NCBI GenBank assembly: GCA_964639725.1
Contig: CAZXFB010000024.1
Coordinates: 1,638-65,637 of the forward strand
Source of the DNA: an uncultured Rikenellaceae bacterium
Lineage (GTDB): Bacteria > Bacteroidota > Bacteroidia > Bacteroidales > VadinHA17
Length of the DNA: 64,000 bases
Reading direction: 5' to 3'
Of the stretch, positions 8,922 to 17,704 are shown one piece after another. The position numbers and the translations under genes were made by a program. A model generated the notes under the pieces. It searched no databases. It saw only the letters and a list, made by a program, of their open reading frames with translations, and was not told the origin of the DNA. Every line of letters begins with the position of its first letter. Position 1 is the stretch's first letter.

Positions 8922-10939
8922 TAAATATACTATTAGCCATATTAATAACAGCAGTAATTGGAATTTTGTCTCTAAAATCGAAAGGCAAAGGGATTATTAC
9001 TTTGATAACTGTTATAGTTACCGGACTGATTACAAGCTTTATAGCAGCAGGATCTCTATTCGGTGAAAGTTATGAAGTACTTCTTTCAGGAACAATTCTT
9101 TTTGGAAAAGTACTCATAAAAATAGATGCACTTTCTGCCTGGTTTATCCTGACTATCAATTTCACAATGATAACGGGAGTTATTTACGGGTTTAATTATA
9201 TGAAAAAATATATCAACAGGAAGAGTGACATCACTCTTCACTGTATAGCCTATTTACTTGTTCAGTTCTCTCTATTAGGTATATGTTCGGTTCAGAATGG
9301 ATTCGTTTTTCTGATATTATGGGAATTAATGGCCATTTCAAACTTTATTCTTGTGATTTTTGAGCACCATAAACCAGAAACAATAAAGGCAGGCCTGAAC
9401 TATATTGTCCAGTCGCATATAAGTATTGTTTTTATTATGATTGGTTTCATCTATGTTGCATATAAAACCGGCAATTACGGATTTGACGCAATTGTCCATT
9501 TCACTGGTAATCAGTCAACTCTTGCAGGAACTGCACTCTTTCTTTGTTTTTTTATTGGTTTTGCCATCAAATCAGGGTTTGTTCCTTTTCATACGTGGCT
9601 TCCATATGCCCATCCGGCAGCACCTTCACATGTTTCAGGAATTATGTCAGGTGTTGTGATAAAAATAGGTATTTATGGAATACTCAGAATGTTATTATTA
9701 ATTAAAACGGATTATACTACAATAGGTTATATTATTCTTTTTATATCTGTTTTTACAGGAATTTATGGTGTTATGCTTGCTACAATTCAGCACGATCTGA
9801 AAAAATTGCTTGCATATCACAGTATTGAAAATATCGGGATAATTGGAATCGGAATCGGAATTGGTTGCATCGGATTGGGTTCTGTAAATAAATGGATGGC
9901 AATACTGGGTTTCACAGGTGCTTTGCTTCATACACTTAATCACTCATTATTTAAATCATTGCTCTTTTATAGTGCAGGAAATGTTTTACAGAAGGCGCAT
10001 ACAGTAAATATTGAACGACTAGGTGGAATAATAAAGCGAATGCCGCAAACTGCTTTTTTGTTCCTGATCGCTGCCATTGCTATATGCGGTCTGCCTCCGT
10101 TAAACGGATTTATTTCAGAATTCATGATATTCGGCGGTTTGTATAACTGGCTTTACAGTGCCAGTCTGATTTCACTTATTGCAACTGTTTTTTCTCTGGC
10201 AGGTATGGTGTTGATTGGTGGTCTGGCATTATTATGCTTCACGAAAGCCTTCAGTATAGTATTTCTTGGAATACCGCGTTCTGATATTCATAATGAGATA
10301 TCTGAAACAGGTTTCTGGCAACTCCTGCCTATGTATATTACAGCCGCCCTGATGATAATCATTGGATTATTCCCATCATTTTTTATTGAGGCCTTACAGC
10401 GTCCTGTTAATCTTTTCACACATCATATCATCTTTAATCTTAATCTGATCAAAGTCGGGGCAATTGATTCACTTCAGGTGATTAGCTGGTTATTTACCGG
10501 ATTGATCGCAATAATTTTATCAGTTTTGGGATTAAGAAAGTATATCACAAGTAATAAGGTTGTTGAGACAGGTACTACCTGGAGCTGTGGTTATCCTGTC
10601 ACGGGTAGCAAACTGCAATATTCTGCCAGTTCTTTTGTCCGTAGTTATGCTAAACTTGCCAAACCACTTTTAGATATTGAAAAAAAAGAAGTAGAGATAA
10701 ATGAAGTTTTTCCATCGGAAAAAAAGTATGAAACAGATACCTATGACAAGATTGAAAGGATCTTCATTGATAAACCTATTAAACTTATAACCAGGATAGC
10801 TGATTTATTCCTTTTTCTCCAGAACGGGAAACTGCAGATTTATATTTTATACGGGATTATTTTTATCACGTCAGTAATTTGTCTGCCTCTAATAGCAGAA
10901 AAGGTCTTAACAATTCTTCATTTTTTAAATAACCTGTAA
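8912..10939 (+). CDS. hyfB: HyfB/HycC/NuoL-like antiporter-type membrane subunit, copy 2 (tandem paralog)
   Basis: 675 aa with WLPYAHPAAPSHVSGIMSGVVIKIGIYG, LAYHSIENIGII and C-terminal TWSCGY. A GTG start overlaps the upstream stop by 10 nt. Confidence 0.85.
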   Translation: MALINILLAILITAVIGILSLKSKGKGIITLITVIVTGLITSFIAAGSLFGESYEVLLSGTILFGKVLIKIDALSAWFILTINFTMITGVIYGFNYMKKYINRKSDITLHCIAYLLVQFSLLGICSVQNGFVFLILWELMAISNFILVIFEHHKPETIKAGLNYIVQSHISIVFIMIGFIYVAYKTGNYGFDAIVHFTGNQSTLAGTALFLCFFIGFAIKSGFVPFHTWLPYAHPAAPSHVSGIMSGVVIKIGIYGILRMLLLIKTDYTTIGYIILFISVFTGIYGVMLATIQHDLKKLLAYHSIENIGIIGIGIGIGCIGLGSVNKWMAILGFTGALLHTLNHSLFKSLLFYSAGNVLQKAHTVNIERLGGIIKRMPQTAFLFLIAAIAICGLPPLNGFISEFMIFGGLYNWLYSASLISLIATVFSLAGMVLIGGLALLCFTKAFSIVFLGIPRSDIHNEISETGFWQLLPMYITAALMIIIGLFPSFFIEALQRPVNLFTHHIIFNLNLIKVGAIDSLQVISWLFTGLIAIILSVLGLRKYITSNKVVETGTTWSCGYPVTGSKLQYSASSFVRSYAKLAKPLLDIEKKEVEINEVFPSEKKYETDTYDKIERIFIDKPIKLITRIADLFLFLQNGKLQIYILYGIIFITSVICLPLIAEKVLTILHFLNNL

Positions 10940-10940
10940 C

Positions 10941-11846
10941 ATGTTAAGTATAATATTAATACTGTTCACCAGCCTTCTTTTCACGGGAATTATTATACGC
11001 ACTAAAAGCGTAGCTTCAGGACGAAAAGGGCCAGGTCTGCTCCAGCCTGTCAAAGATGTGATCAGGTTATTTAGAAAAGGTGCTGTATATAGTGAAACAA
11101 CAAGTATTATTTTCAGGATTGCCTCTGTCATTTATTTTTCTTCAGTTCTTATGGCTTGCACAGTTATTCCTTTTGGCTCCTCAAGAGGTCTGGTAAGTTT
11201 TGACGGCGATTTTATTTTTTTCGCCTATATCCTTGCTTTAGGAAAATTCTTTAGCATAATTGGTGCAATGGATACGGGAAGCAGTTTTGAGGGAATGGGA
11301 GCAAGCCGTGAAGCATTATACTCGATGTTCGCTGAACCTGCTTTTTTTATTCTGATCGGTTCATTTGCATTAATGACAGGAAAGACATCATTTTATGATA
11401 TTTTTTCAACTTTACATCTTGGATCATCAATAACTTACACATTGGGAGGTCTGGCTGCATTCGTACTTATAATGATTACAATGATCGAAAACAGCAGGAT
11501 GCCGGTTGACGATCCTAAAACTCATCTCGAATTAACAATGATCCATGAAGTTATGATTCTCGATAACAGTGGATTCGATCTTGGATTAATACTATCGGCA
11601 GGTTACTTGAAGTTTGCAATGTATGGCGCTATCATTGCGGATTTTTTTATTGGTGGTCTGTCATTGGTTTTTGCTATACCTCTGTTCATTTTGATCCAGG
11701 TATTATTTGCAATAGTTATAGGATTGATAGAATCTTTTATGGCAAGGTTCAGGATGAATCATAATCCGCAATTTATTTTAGCATTGTCATCGGTAAGCTT
11801 CTTAATATTTCTTGGGGTACTGCTGGTTTTGGAAAAATTTGTTTAA
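10941..11846 (+). CDS. hyfC: HyfC/HycD/NuoH-like membrane subunit
   Basis: 301 aa. The N-terminus …RTKSVASGRKGPGLLQPVKDVIRLFRKG… matches the NuoH/HycD signature. It starts 1 nt after the upstream stop. Confidence 0.85.
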   Translation: MLSIILILFTSLLFTGIIIRTKSVASGRKGPGLLQPVKDVIRLFRKGAVYSETTSIIFRIASVIYFSSVLMACTVIPFGSSRGLVSFDGDFIFFAYILALGKFFSIIGAMDTGSSFEGMGASREALYSMFAEPAFFILIGSFALMTGKTSFYDIFSTLHLGSSITYTLGGLAAFVLIMITMIENSRMPVDDPKTHLELTMIHEVMILDNSGFDLGLILSAGYLKFAMYGAIIADFFIGGLSLVFAIPLFILIQVLFAIVIGLIESFMARFRMNHNPQFILALSSVSFLIFLGVLLVLEKFV

Positions 11847-11857
11847 ATATCTGAAAA

Positions 11858-12490
11858 ATGACAAACGTATTATTGATAATATTCATTATTAGTCTTTTAT
11901 ATGTATCAATTGCAAACAGAATTATTACTTATGTAAGAATTCTTGCCCTTCAGGGTTTTATCCTTTTTGGAGTAACATTTCTGCAGTTGCAGGATATTCA
12001 GACCTGGAACCTTGTTCTTATTCTGCTTGAAACTATTGTTTTCAAAGCTGTTGCTGTTCCTATGTTTCTGGGTTATCTGATCAAACGGAACAGAATAACT
12101 CGTGAAACGGAACCATATTTGCCTCACTTTATCTCTCTGATCATTATTACCATGATAGTCGTGATAACAGTATTACTGGCAAATTCAATTCAGGATACCC
12201 ACCTTGATAAAATATTTTTCATTGTGTCATTGTCAACTCTCTTTACCGGCCTCTATTTCATCTCATCAAGGAAAAAGATCATCACTCATGTTATGGGCTA
12301 TCTTATGATTGAAAATGGAGTGTTTATACTTTCCCTGGCTGTCGGAAACGAAATGCCAGGACTTGTGAACCTGGGTATCATGCTGGATGTTTTCGCGAGT
12401 GTATTGATATTGGGCATCTTCCTGAATAAGATAGGAGATGTTTTCAAAGATGTGGATGTTGACCAGCTGAGTAATTTAAAAGATTATTAA
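11858..12490 (+). CDS. hyfE: HyfE-like small membrane subunit (hydrogenase-4 component E family)
   Basis: 210 aa with about 6-7 TM helices. Size and operon position between the HyfC-like and HyfF-like genes match HyfE. Confidence 0.7.
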   Translation: MTNVLLIIFIISLLYVSIANRIITYVRILALQGFILFGVTFLQLQDIQTWNLVLILLETIVFKAVAVPMFLGYLIKRNRITRETEPYLPHFISLIIITMIVVITVLLANSIQDTHLDKIFFIVSLSTLFTGLYFISSRKKIITHVMGYLMIENGVFILSLAVGNEMPGLVNLGIMLDVFASVLILGIFLNKIGDVFKDVDVDQLSNLKDY

Positions 12491-12499
12491 ACACTTTAA

Positions 12500-13930
12500 A
12501 TGATGACTGGAATTTATCTAATAGGTGCTTTTCTGATTGCAGGATTACTTTTTCTTAACCGTAATAACATGGTTAATAATATTCTTGTGATCAGCTTTGG
12601 CATTCTTCAGACAGGTTTTACACTTTATGCCTGTAACAATTATAATAGTCGTGTACTTGAATATTTTACTTTCGATTCACTAGGATTACTACTTCTGATA
12701 ACGTTGAGCATTATTACCATTCCTGCTCTGCTCCACAGTTACCTCTACATTAAGCGTCATGATGAAACACCACAGTCGAGAGCTATTTATTTTTCGGCAA
12801 TGGTTATTCTTATTGCTTCAATTACAGCCGCTTACCTTGCTAATCATATTGCAGTCATCTGGATTTTTACAGAAATGACTACGTTATCTGCTTCGATGTT
12901 AATTTACCATCACCGTAATAAACTTGCCCTTGAGGGAACATGGAAGTATGTGTTTATTTGTGCCATAAGCATAACTTTTGTATTTATTGGAATCCTTTTC
13001 CTGAGTCTCTCACTTCAGCATGCCGGTTCAGATGATCTCTCATTCAGTAACCTTATGGCATACAAGGATAAGCTAAACCCATTCTGGCTCAGACTGGCAT
13101 TCCTCTTTATCTTCACCGGATTTACTGCAAAACTGGGATTAGTCCCTATGTATACTGCAGGGATTGATGCCAAGGATAAAGCACCTGCACCTGCAGGAGC
13201 TTTAATGGCCAGTGTCCTCATGAACCTTGGCTTTGTCGGGATATTCAGGTTTTATGCTGTTATTGCACATACCTCGCTATTTCACTGGGCTAACCTGATC
13301 ATCTTTATTGCCGCTTTCCTTTCAATATTTGTAGCAACTGTTTATATGACCAGGGTTACTAATATAAAAAGGATGTTTGCTTATTCGGGAATTGAACATA
13401 TGGGAATTGTAATGCTTGGAATCGCAGCGGGAGGAGTGGGTTATTATGCTGCAGTTCTACATATAGTGTTGCATGCCTTCATAAAGTCAAGTCTGTTTTT
13501 TCAGTTCAACCAGTTATACAGAACTTTCCAAAGTAAGAGTATTCATCATGTTGGTAATTATTTCAAATATAATCCTGCAGGTGCGATTGTATTATTATTA
13601 GGATTTGTAAGCGCAACTGCAATGCCTCCTTCCGGATTATTTGTAAGTGAGTTCCTTATATTCAGATCACTCTTTGAAGGAAACTATATAATCCTCCTGT
13701 TGGTCGTTCTGTTATTATTGACAATTGTTATCTGGGCTTTTGGAAAGAATATACTCAAGATACTGTTTCTTCCTGTTTCCGGTCTGGACGAAACAAAAAT
13801 TCCAAAAATAAGTCCATGGGAATCACTGACTCAATATCTATTGTTGTTCACAGCTATCTGGTTGGGACTTAATCCTCCTCCTGTTTTTGTCCGGTTAATC
13901 CAGGATGCAGTAAGAATTTTACCAAATTAA
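12500..13930 (+). CDS. hyfF: HyfF/HyfD/NuoN-like antiporter-type membrane subunit
   Basis: 476 aa and polytopic, with MFAYSGIEHMGIVMLGIAAGG and the LHAFIKSSLFF motifs of Mrp/Nuo antiporter-like subunits. Confidence 0.8.
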   Translation: MMTGIYLIGAFLIAGLLFLNRNNMVNNILVISFGILQTGFTLYACNNYNSRVLEYFTFDSLGLLLLITLSIITIPALLHSYLYIKRHDETPQSRAIYFSAMVILIASITAAYLANHIAVIWIFTEMTTLSASMLIYHHRNKLALEGTWKYVFICAISITFVFIGILFLSLSLQHAGSDDLSFSNLMAYKDKLNPFWLRLAFLFIFTGFTAKLGLVPMYTAGIDAKDKAPAPAGALMASVLMNLGFVGIFRFYAVIAHTSLFHWANLIIFIAAFLSIFVATVYMTRVTNIKRMFAYSGIEHMGIVMLGIAAGGVGYYAAVLHIVLHAFIKSSLFFQFNQLYRTFQSKSIHHVGNYFKYNPAGAIVLLLGFVSATAMPPSGLFVSEFLIFRSLFEGNYIILLLVVLLLLTIVIWAFGKNILKILFLPVSGLDETKIPKISPWESLTQYLLLFTAIWLGLNPPPVFVRLIQDAVRILPN

Positions 13931-13931
13931 T

Positions 13932-15431
13932 ATGAGCTATATTAAAATATTTAATCAACAATCCATTCGGCTAAATAAAATTCCGGAGATGGATTATGAT
14001 GTATTTTTTGAAACCAATACATCCTTAATACAGGATCATCCGGAAAGGCATTGTATCATGTATTTTGGTTACAGTGATAAAGAAATGATACATCTTATTT
14101 GTTGTATTGCAGATGATACAGAGCATAATATTCTGGTTTCTTCATCAGTTGTCAAAAGAGATTCCATGCTTAATGCTTTCTCTGCAATAAATCTTTCATT
14201 TGAGAAGTTTGAAAGGGAGATACACGAAAACTTTGGTATATCATATAATGATCATCCATGGCTGAAACCTGTTCGTTACAGTGAAAACAGGACAGAAAAA
14301 TCAGATTTAATCTCTGATTATCCATTTTTCAGTATTGCCAGTGAAGAACTGCATGAAGTGGGAGTAGGGCCGGTTCATGCCGGTATAATTGAACCAGGAC
14401 ATTTCAGGTTTGTTTGTAACGGAGAGCAGATTCTTCATCTTGAAATTCAGTTAGGTTATCAGCATAGAGGAATTGAACAATTATTTCTTGAAAAGAAAAA
14501 ACTAATCCAGCGTGTAGTTTTGGCTGAATCAATCGCCGGAGATAGCGTGATCGGGCATGCATCTGCATTTGCCTATCTGTGGGAGGCTCTTTCCGGTACT
14601 ATTCCCGGACAAGAAATTCTTTATTCAAGAACACTTGCCCAGGAGATTGAAAGAATTGCTATACACACAGGTGATTTGAGTGCAATATGTACCGATGTTG
14701 CTTACCAGCTTGGAAGTTCAGTGTTCGGAAGACTAAGGACACCTGTCATTAATTTCTTTCAGGAATGGTGTGGTAACCGTTTATCCAAGGGATTAATCCG
14801 TGCCGGTTACAATCCATATCCATTTAACAAAATACTTGCTGAAAGACTTAATGAAGTACTTAATGCCTTTGAACCTGATTTTGTTGAAATGAATAGTGAA
14901 CTTTCAAGATTGCCAAGTTCATTATCAAGGTTTGAGAGGACAGGAACTCTCACCTATGATCAGTTATTATCTGTTGGGACTGTTGGAATGTCAGCAAGAA
15001 TGAATTCTCTAAACAGGGATATCAGAATATCTCACCCGTATGGCATATATCAGGAGTTTGGTCACAATCCTGTAATTAAGCACCATGGTGATGTTTATTC
15101 CCGTGTGCAGATAAGAAAAGAGGAAGTAATTCAGTCTATAGGTTATATCAGGCAGATGCTTAATCATATTCCTGATAAAGAAAATACTAATGATCACTCA
15201 CTTAGGCTTGTGCCTGATTCTTTTGCTATCTCCCTCACTGAAGGATGGAGAGGCGAGATATGCCATGCAGCAATAACTGACAGCAATGGTGAACTGCTTA
15301 TATATAAGATTAAGGATCCTTCCTTCCATAACTGGCTTGCTTTGGCATTATCAGTGAGGAATAATGAAATCTCTGATTTTCCAGTTATTAATAAAAGTTT
15401 TGATTTGTCATATTGCGGACACGATCTGTAA
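13932..15431 (+). CDS. hyfG: HycE/HyfG-like NuoC-NuoD fusion (large-subunit homolog) lacking the [NiFe] cysteine ligands
   Basis: 499 aa with a NuoC-like FEKFEREIHENFGISYNDHP and a NuoD/large-subunit-like VGVGPVHAGIIEPGHFRF. The L1 position reads LAESIAGDSVIGHASAFAY, where hydrogenases have …R.CG.C…H. The C-terminus reads SFDLSYCGHDL-stop, where hydrogenases have …DPC..C..R/H. Confidence 0.8.
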   Translation: MSYIKIFNQQSIRLNKIPEMDYDVFFETNTSLIQDHPERHCIMYFGYSDKEMIHLICCIADDTEHNILVSSSVVKRDSMLNAFSAINLSFEKFEREIHENFGISYNDHPWLKPVRYSENRTEKSDLISDYPFFSIASEELHEVGVGPVHAGIIEPGHFRFVCNGEQILHLEIQLGYQHRGIEQLFLEKKKLIQRVVLAESIAGDSVIGHASAFAYLWEALSGTIPGQEILYSRTLAQEIERIAIHTGDLSAICTDVAYQLGSSVFGRLRTPVINFFQEWCGNRLSKGLIRAGYNPYPFNKILAERLNEVLNAFEPDFVEMNSELSRLPSSLSRFERTGTLTYDQLLSVGTVGMSARMNSLNRDIRISHPYGIYQEFGHNPVIKHHGDVYSRVQIRKEEVIQSIGYIRQMLNHIPDKENTNDHSLRLVPDSFAISLTEGWRGEICHAAITDSNGELLIYKIKDPSFHNWLALALSVRNNEISDFPVINKSFDLSYCGHDL

Positions 15432-15448
15432 AACAAAAATTGTCAACA

Positions 15449-16198
15449 ATGTTAAGAACCCTTCAAATAATGTATCATCAGGGAAAACAATATATTCCTG
15501 ACCTGACAAATGCCAAAGTTCCTGGCATTTTCAGGGGACGACCTGAGATAAGTTCCGGAAAAATTGATGAAAAGTTACTGGTTGATATTTGTCCGAATGA
15601 TGCAATTGCTTCTGATCCGGTAAGGATTGATCTGGGCAGATGTGCCTTCTGTGGTGAATGTTCAAGGTGCTTTCCGGAAAAGATACATTTTACTACGGAT
15701 TACAGATTATCTTCAAACGAGAGGGAAAGGTTGATTATTACTGAAGGTATCTTTATGCCTGTAAGTTTAAACCCCGATCTTATCAGAAAAGAGATCCGCA
15801 AGCTTTTCAGTGGTTCACTCAAACTAAGACAGGTTTCTGCAGGAGGAGATAACAGTTGCGAACTTGAACTAAATGCCTGTGGAAATGTCAATTTTGATAT
15901 GGGACGCTATGGTATTGAATTTGTGGCATCACCGCGGCATGCTGACGGAATTGTTATAACAGGACCAATCTCAAAAAACATGGCAGAGCCTTTGCAGATG
16001 ACTTATGATGCCACACCTTCACCCAAAATAATTATACTCGCAGGAACCGATGCAATTAGCGGAGGTATATTTGACGGAACTCCTGCAATAAACAGAAAGT
16101 TCATCAATCTAAATAAAATAGATCTTTATATACCCGGAAATCCTGTGCACCCGCTGACTTTCATCAACGGAGTCATGGATTTGCTGGGGATCAAGTAG
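15449..16198 (+). CDS. hyfI: HycG/HyfI/NuoB-like small-subunit homolog fused to a degenerate ferredoxin-like (HycF/HyfH/NuoI-like) N-terminal domain
   Basis: The likely ATG at 15449 is 17 nt after the upstream stop; the track TTG at 15413 overlaps the previous gene. The NuoB core is FVASPRHADGIVITGP. The cluster positions read VSAGGDNSCELE, AGTDAISGGIF and IPGNPVHP. The N-terminal part carries ICPNDAI … CAFCGECSRCFP. Confidence 0.75.
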   Translation: MLRTLQIMYHQGKQYIPDLTNAKVPGIFRGRPEISSGKIDEKLLVDICPNDAIASDPVRIDLGRCAFCGECSRCFPEKIHFTTDYRLSSNERERLIITEGIFMPVSLNPDLIRKEIRKLFSGSLKLRQVSAGGDNSCELELNACGNVNFDMGRYGIEFVASPRHADGIVITGPISKNMAEPLQMTYDATPSPKIIILAGTDAISGGIFDGTPAINRKFINLNKIDLYIPGNPVHPLTFINGVMDLLGIK

Positions 16199-16226
16199 TT
16201 ACACCTCTGGTAGCCGGATTCCAAAC

Positions 16227-17609
16227 TTAAATCTCGGCTCCCTCTATTTTCAATACCCAAACATATTTGCAGGGTAATTTAGCTGGATCTGTAAGTTCTT
16301 GCGGAAGGTCAATTGTCAGTCCTGTTGTCTGATCATAACTCCATTTCAGTTCAGTGTCCAGGCCGTACATTTTTATTATCGAACCTTCAACAGGCTTTAT
16401 CTGTTTGATATTTAGTTGTTTGGTAGGAAGATTCAGAATAAATGCATTAATAAATCTTCCGTCAGGGGAAAGAGAATACCTTATATCTTCTCCCTCCTTA
16501 TAATTTTTAAGTTGCTTAACTTTATAAATGGCATCTCTGTTTACTTTCATCCATTCGCCAATCTCTTTAAGTCTTTCAACACTGGCTGATGGTATCAGAC
16601 CCTCTGAATCAGGACCGACATTCAGGAGGAAATTTCCTCCTTTAGAAACAATATCTGCCAGATTCATGATAAGGGTACCGGCTGATTTCCAATTGGTATC
16701 ATTGGTTTTAAATCCCCATGTATCATTCATCGTCATACACGATTCCCATGCCAGTGAAGATGAAGTAGAAAGAACTTCCTGTTCAGGAGTGCCGAAGTCT
16801 CCTGCGAAAGTTGTATCCTTACTCATGCCCTGCATTCCCTGACGTCCTTTTCCAACCCTGTTATTAATAATTATATCCGGTTGCAGATTACGGACATAAT
16901 TATACAGATCCTTACCTTGTTCTTCGGTCCATTCCTTTGTCCATTCCCCGTCAAACCACAGAACACCAATCTTTCCATAACCAGTTAATAATTCCTTAAG
17001 TTGAGGTTTCAGATACTCTTCACGGTATTTTTCCCATTTTTCTGCATTTGCATCAGGATGATGCCAGTCCATAATTGAGTGATAAAAACAAAGTATGATG
17101 CCCTGCTTTTTGCATTCCTGTGCAATAGCTTTCACAACATCTTTTCCATAAGGAGAGAAGTCTACTATATCATAGTTCGATACTTTTGAGTCCCATAAAC
17201 TGAAACCATCATGATGTTTTGAAGTAATTACAATATACTTCATACCAGCATTTTTTGCTATACTTACCCATTGGGCAGCGTTAAATTTCACAGGATTAAA
17301 AGCTTTTCCGAATGGTTCATATTCTTTAACAGGAATCTTTGCTGTTGACATAATCCATTCTCCGATACCAGGGATATCCTGCCCATTATACTTGCCTGCC
17401 GGAACTGAATAGATGCCCCAATGAATAAACATTCCGAAACGGGCATCGTGCCACCATTTCATCCTGGCATCAATCTGCTCCTTTGTTTCATTAAGATAAT
17501 TTTTGGGAGGTTTTGGTTTACAGGAAAAGCAAGCAATCATTACCAGGATAATCATTGTTATCATTAAAGTTGCCCTGAACGGCACGAGTTGGAGTAAAAT
17601 TCTTTTCAT
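16227..17609 (-). CDS. Alpha-L-fucosidase, GH29
   Basis: 460 aa with a signal/TM segment, then WWHDARFGMFIHWGIYSVPAG, HHDGFSLWDS and LWFDGEW, which are typical GH29 motifs. Confidence 0.88.
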   Translation of the reverse strand: MKRILLQLVPFRATLMITMIILVMIACFSCKPKPPKNYLNETKEQIDARMKWWHDARFGMFIHWGIYSVPAGKYNGQDIPGIGEWIMSTAKIPVKEYEPFGKAFNPVKFNAAQWVSIAKNAGMKYIVITSKHHDGFSLWDSKVSNYDIVDFSPYGKDVVKAIAQECKKQGIILCFYHSIMDWHHPDANAEKWEKYREEYLKPQLKELLTGYGKIGVLWFDGEWTKEWTEEQGKDLYNYVRNLQPDIIINNRVGKGRQGMQGMSKDTTFAGDFGTPEQEVLSTSSSLAWESCMTMNDTWGFKTNDTNWKSAGTLIMNLADIVSKGGNFLLNVGPDSEGLIPSASVERLKEIGEWMKVNRDAIYKVKQLKNYKEGEDIRYSLSPDGRFINAFILNLPTKQLNIKQIKPVEGSIIKMYGLDTELKWSYDQTTGLTIDLPQELTDPAKLPCKYVWVLKIEGAEI

Positions 17610-17704
17610 AGGTCTATTTTTATAGTTTTTATCTGATCTGTTTGCGCTTCAGCGCTTCTTTTAAATTGCTTATTCACTGTGCTATATACCCCTTTTGTTC
17701 ATGT

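Noticed and set aside
6897-16198. Calling the operon a functional formate hydrogenlyase / hydrogenase-4 (hyf)
   Set aside because: Homology to Hyf/Hyc is clear. However, the large-subunit homolog lacks the CxxC…CxxC [NiFe] ligands and the NuoB-like subunit lacks 3 of 4 cluster cysteines. No hyp, hycI, fdhF or focA genes are nearby. The gene symbols given indicate homology only.
17644-17655. GCGCttcaGCGC hairpin between ggt and the fucosidase gene as a terminator
   Set aside because: The stem is only 4 bp. The T-run is on the plus strand, while both flanking genes are on the minus strand.
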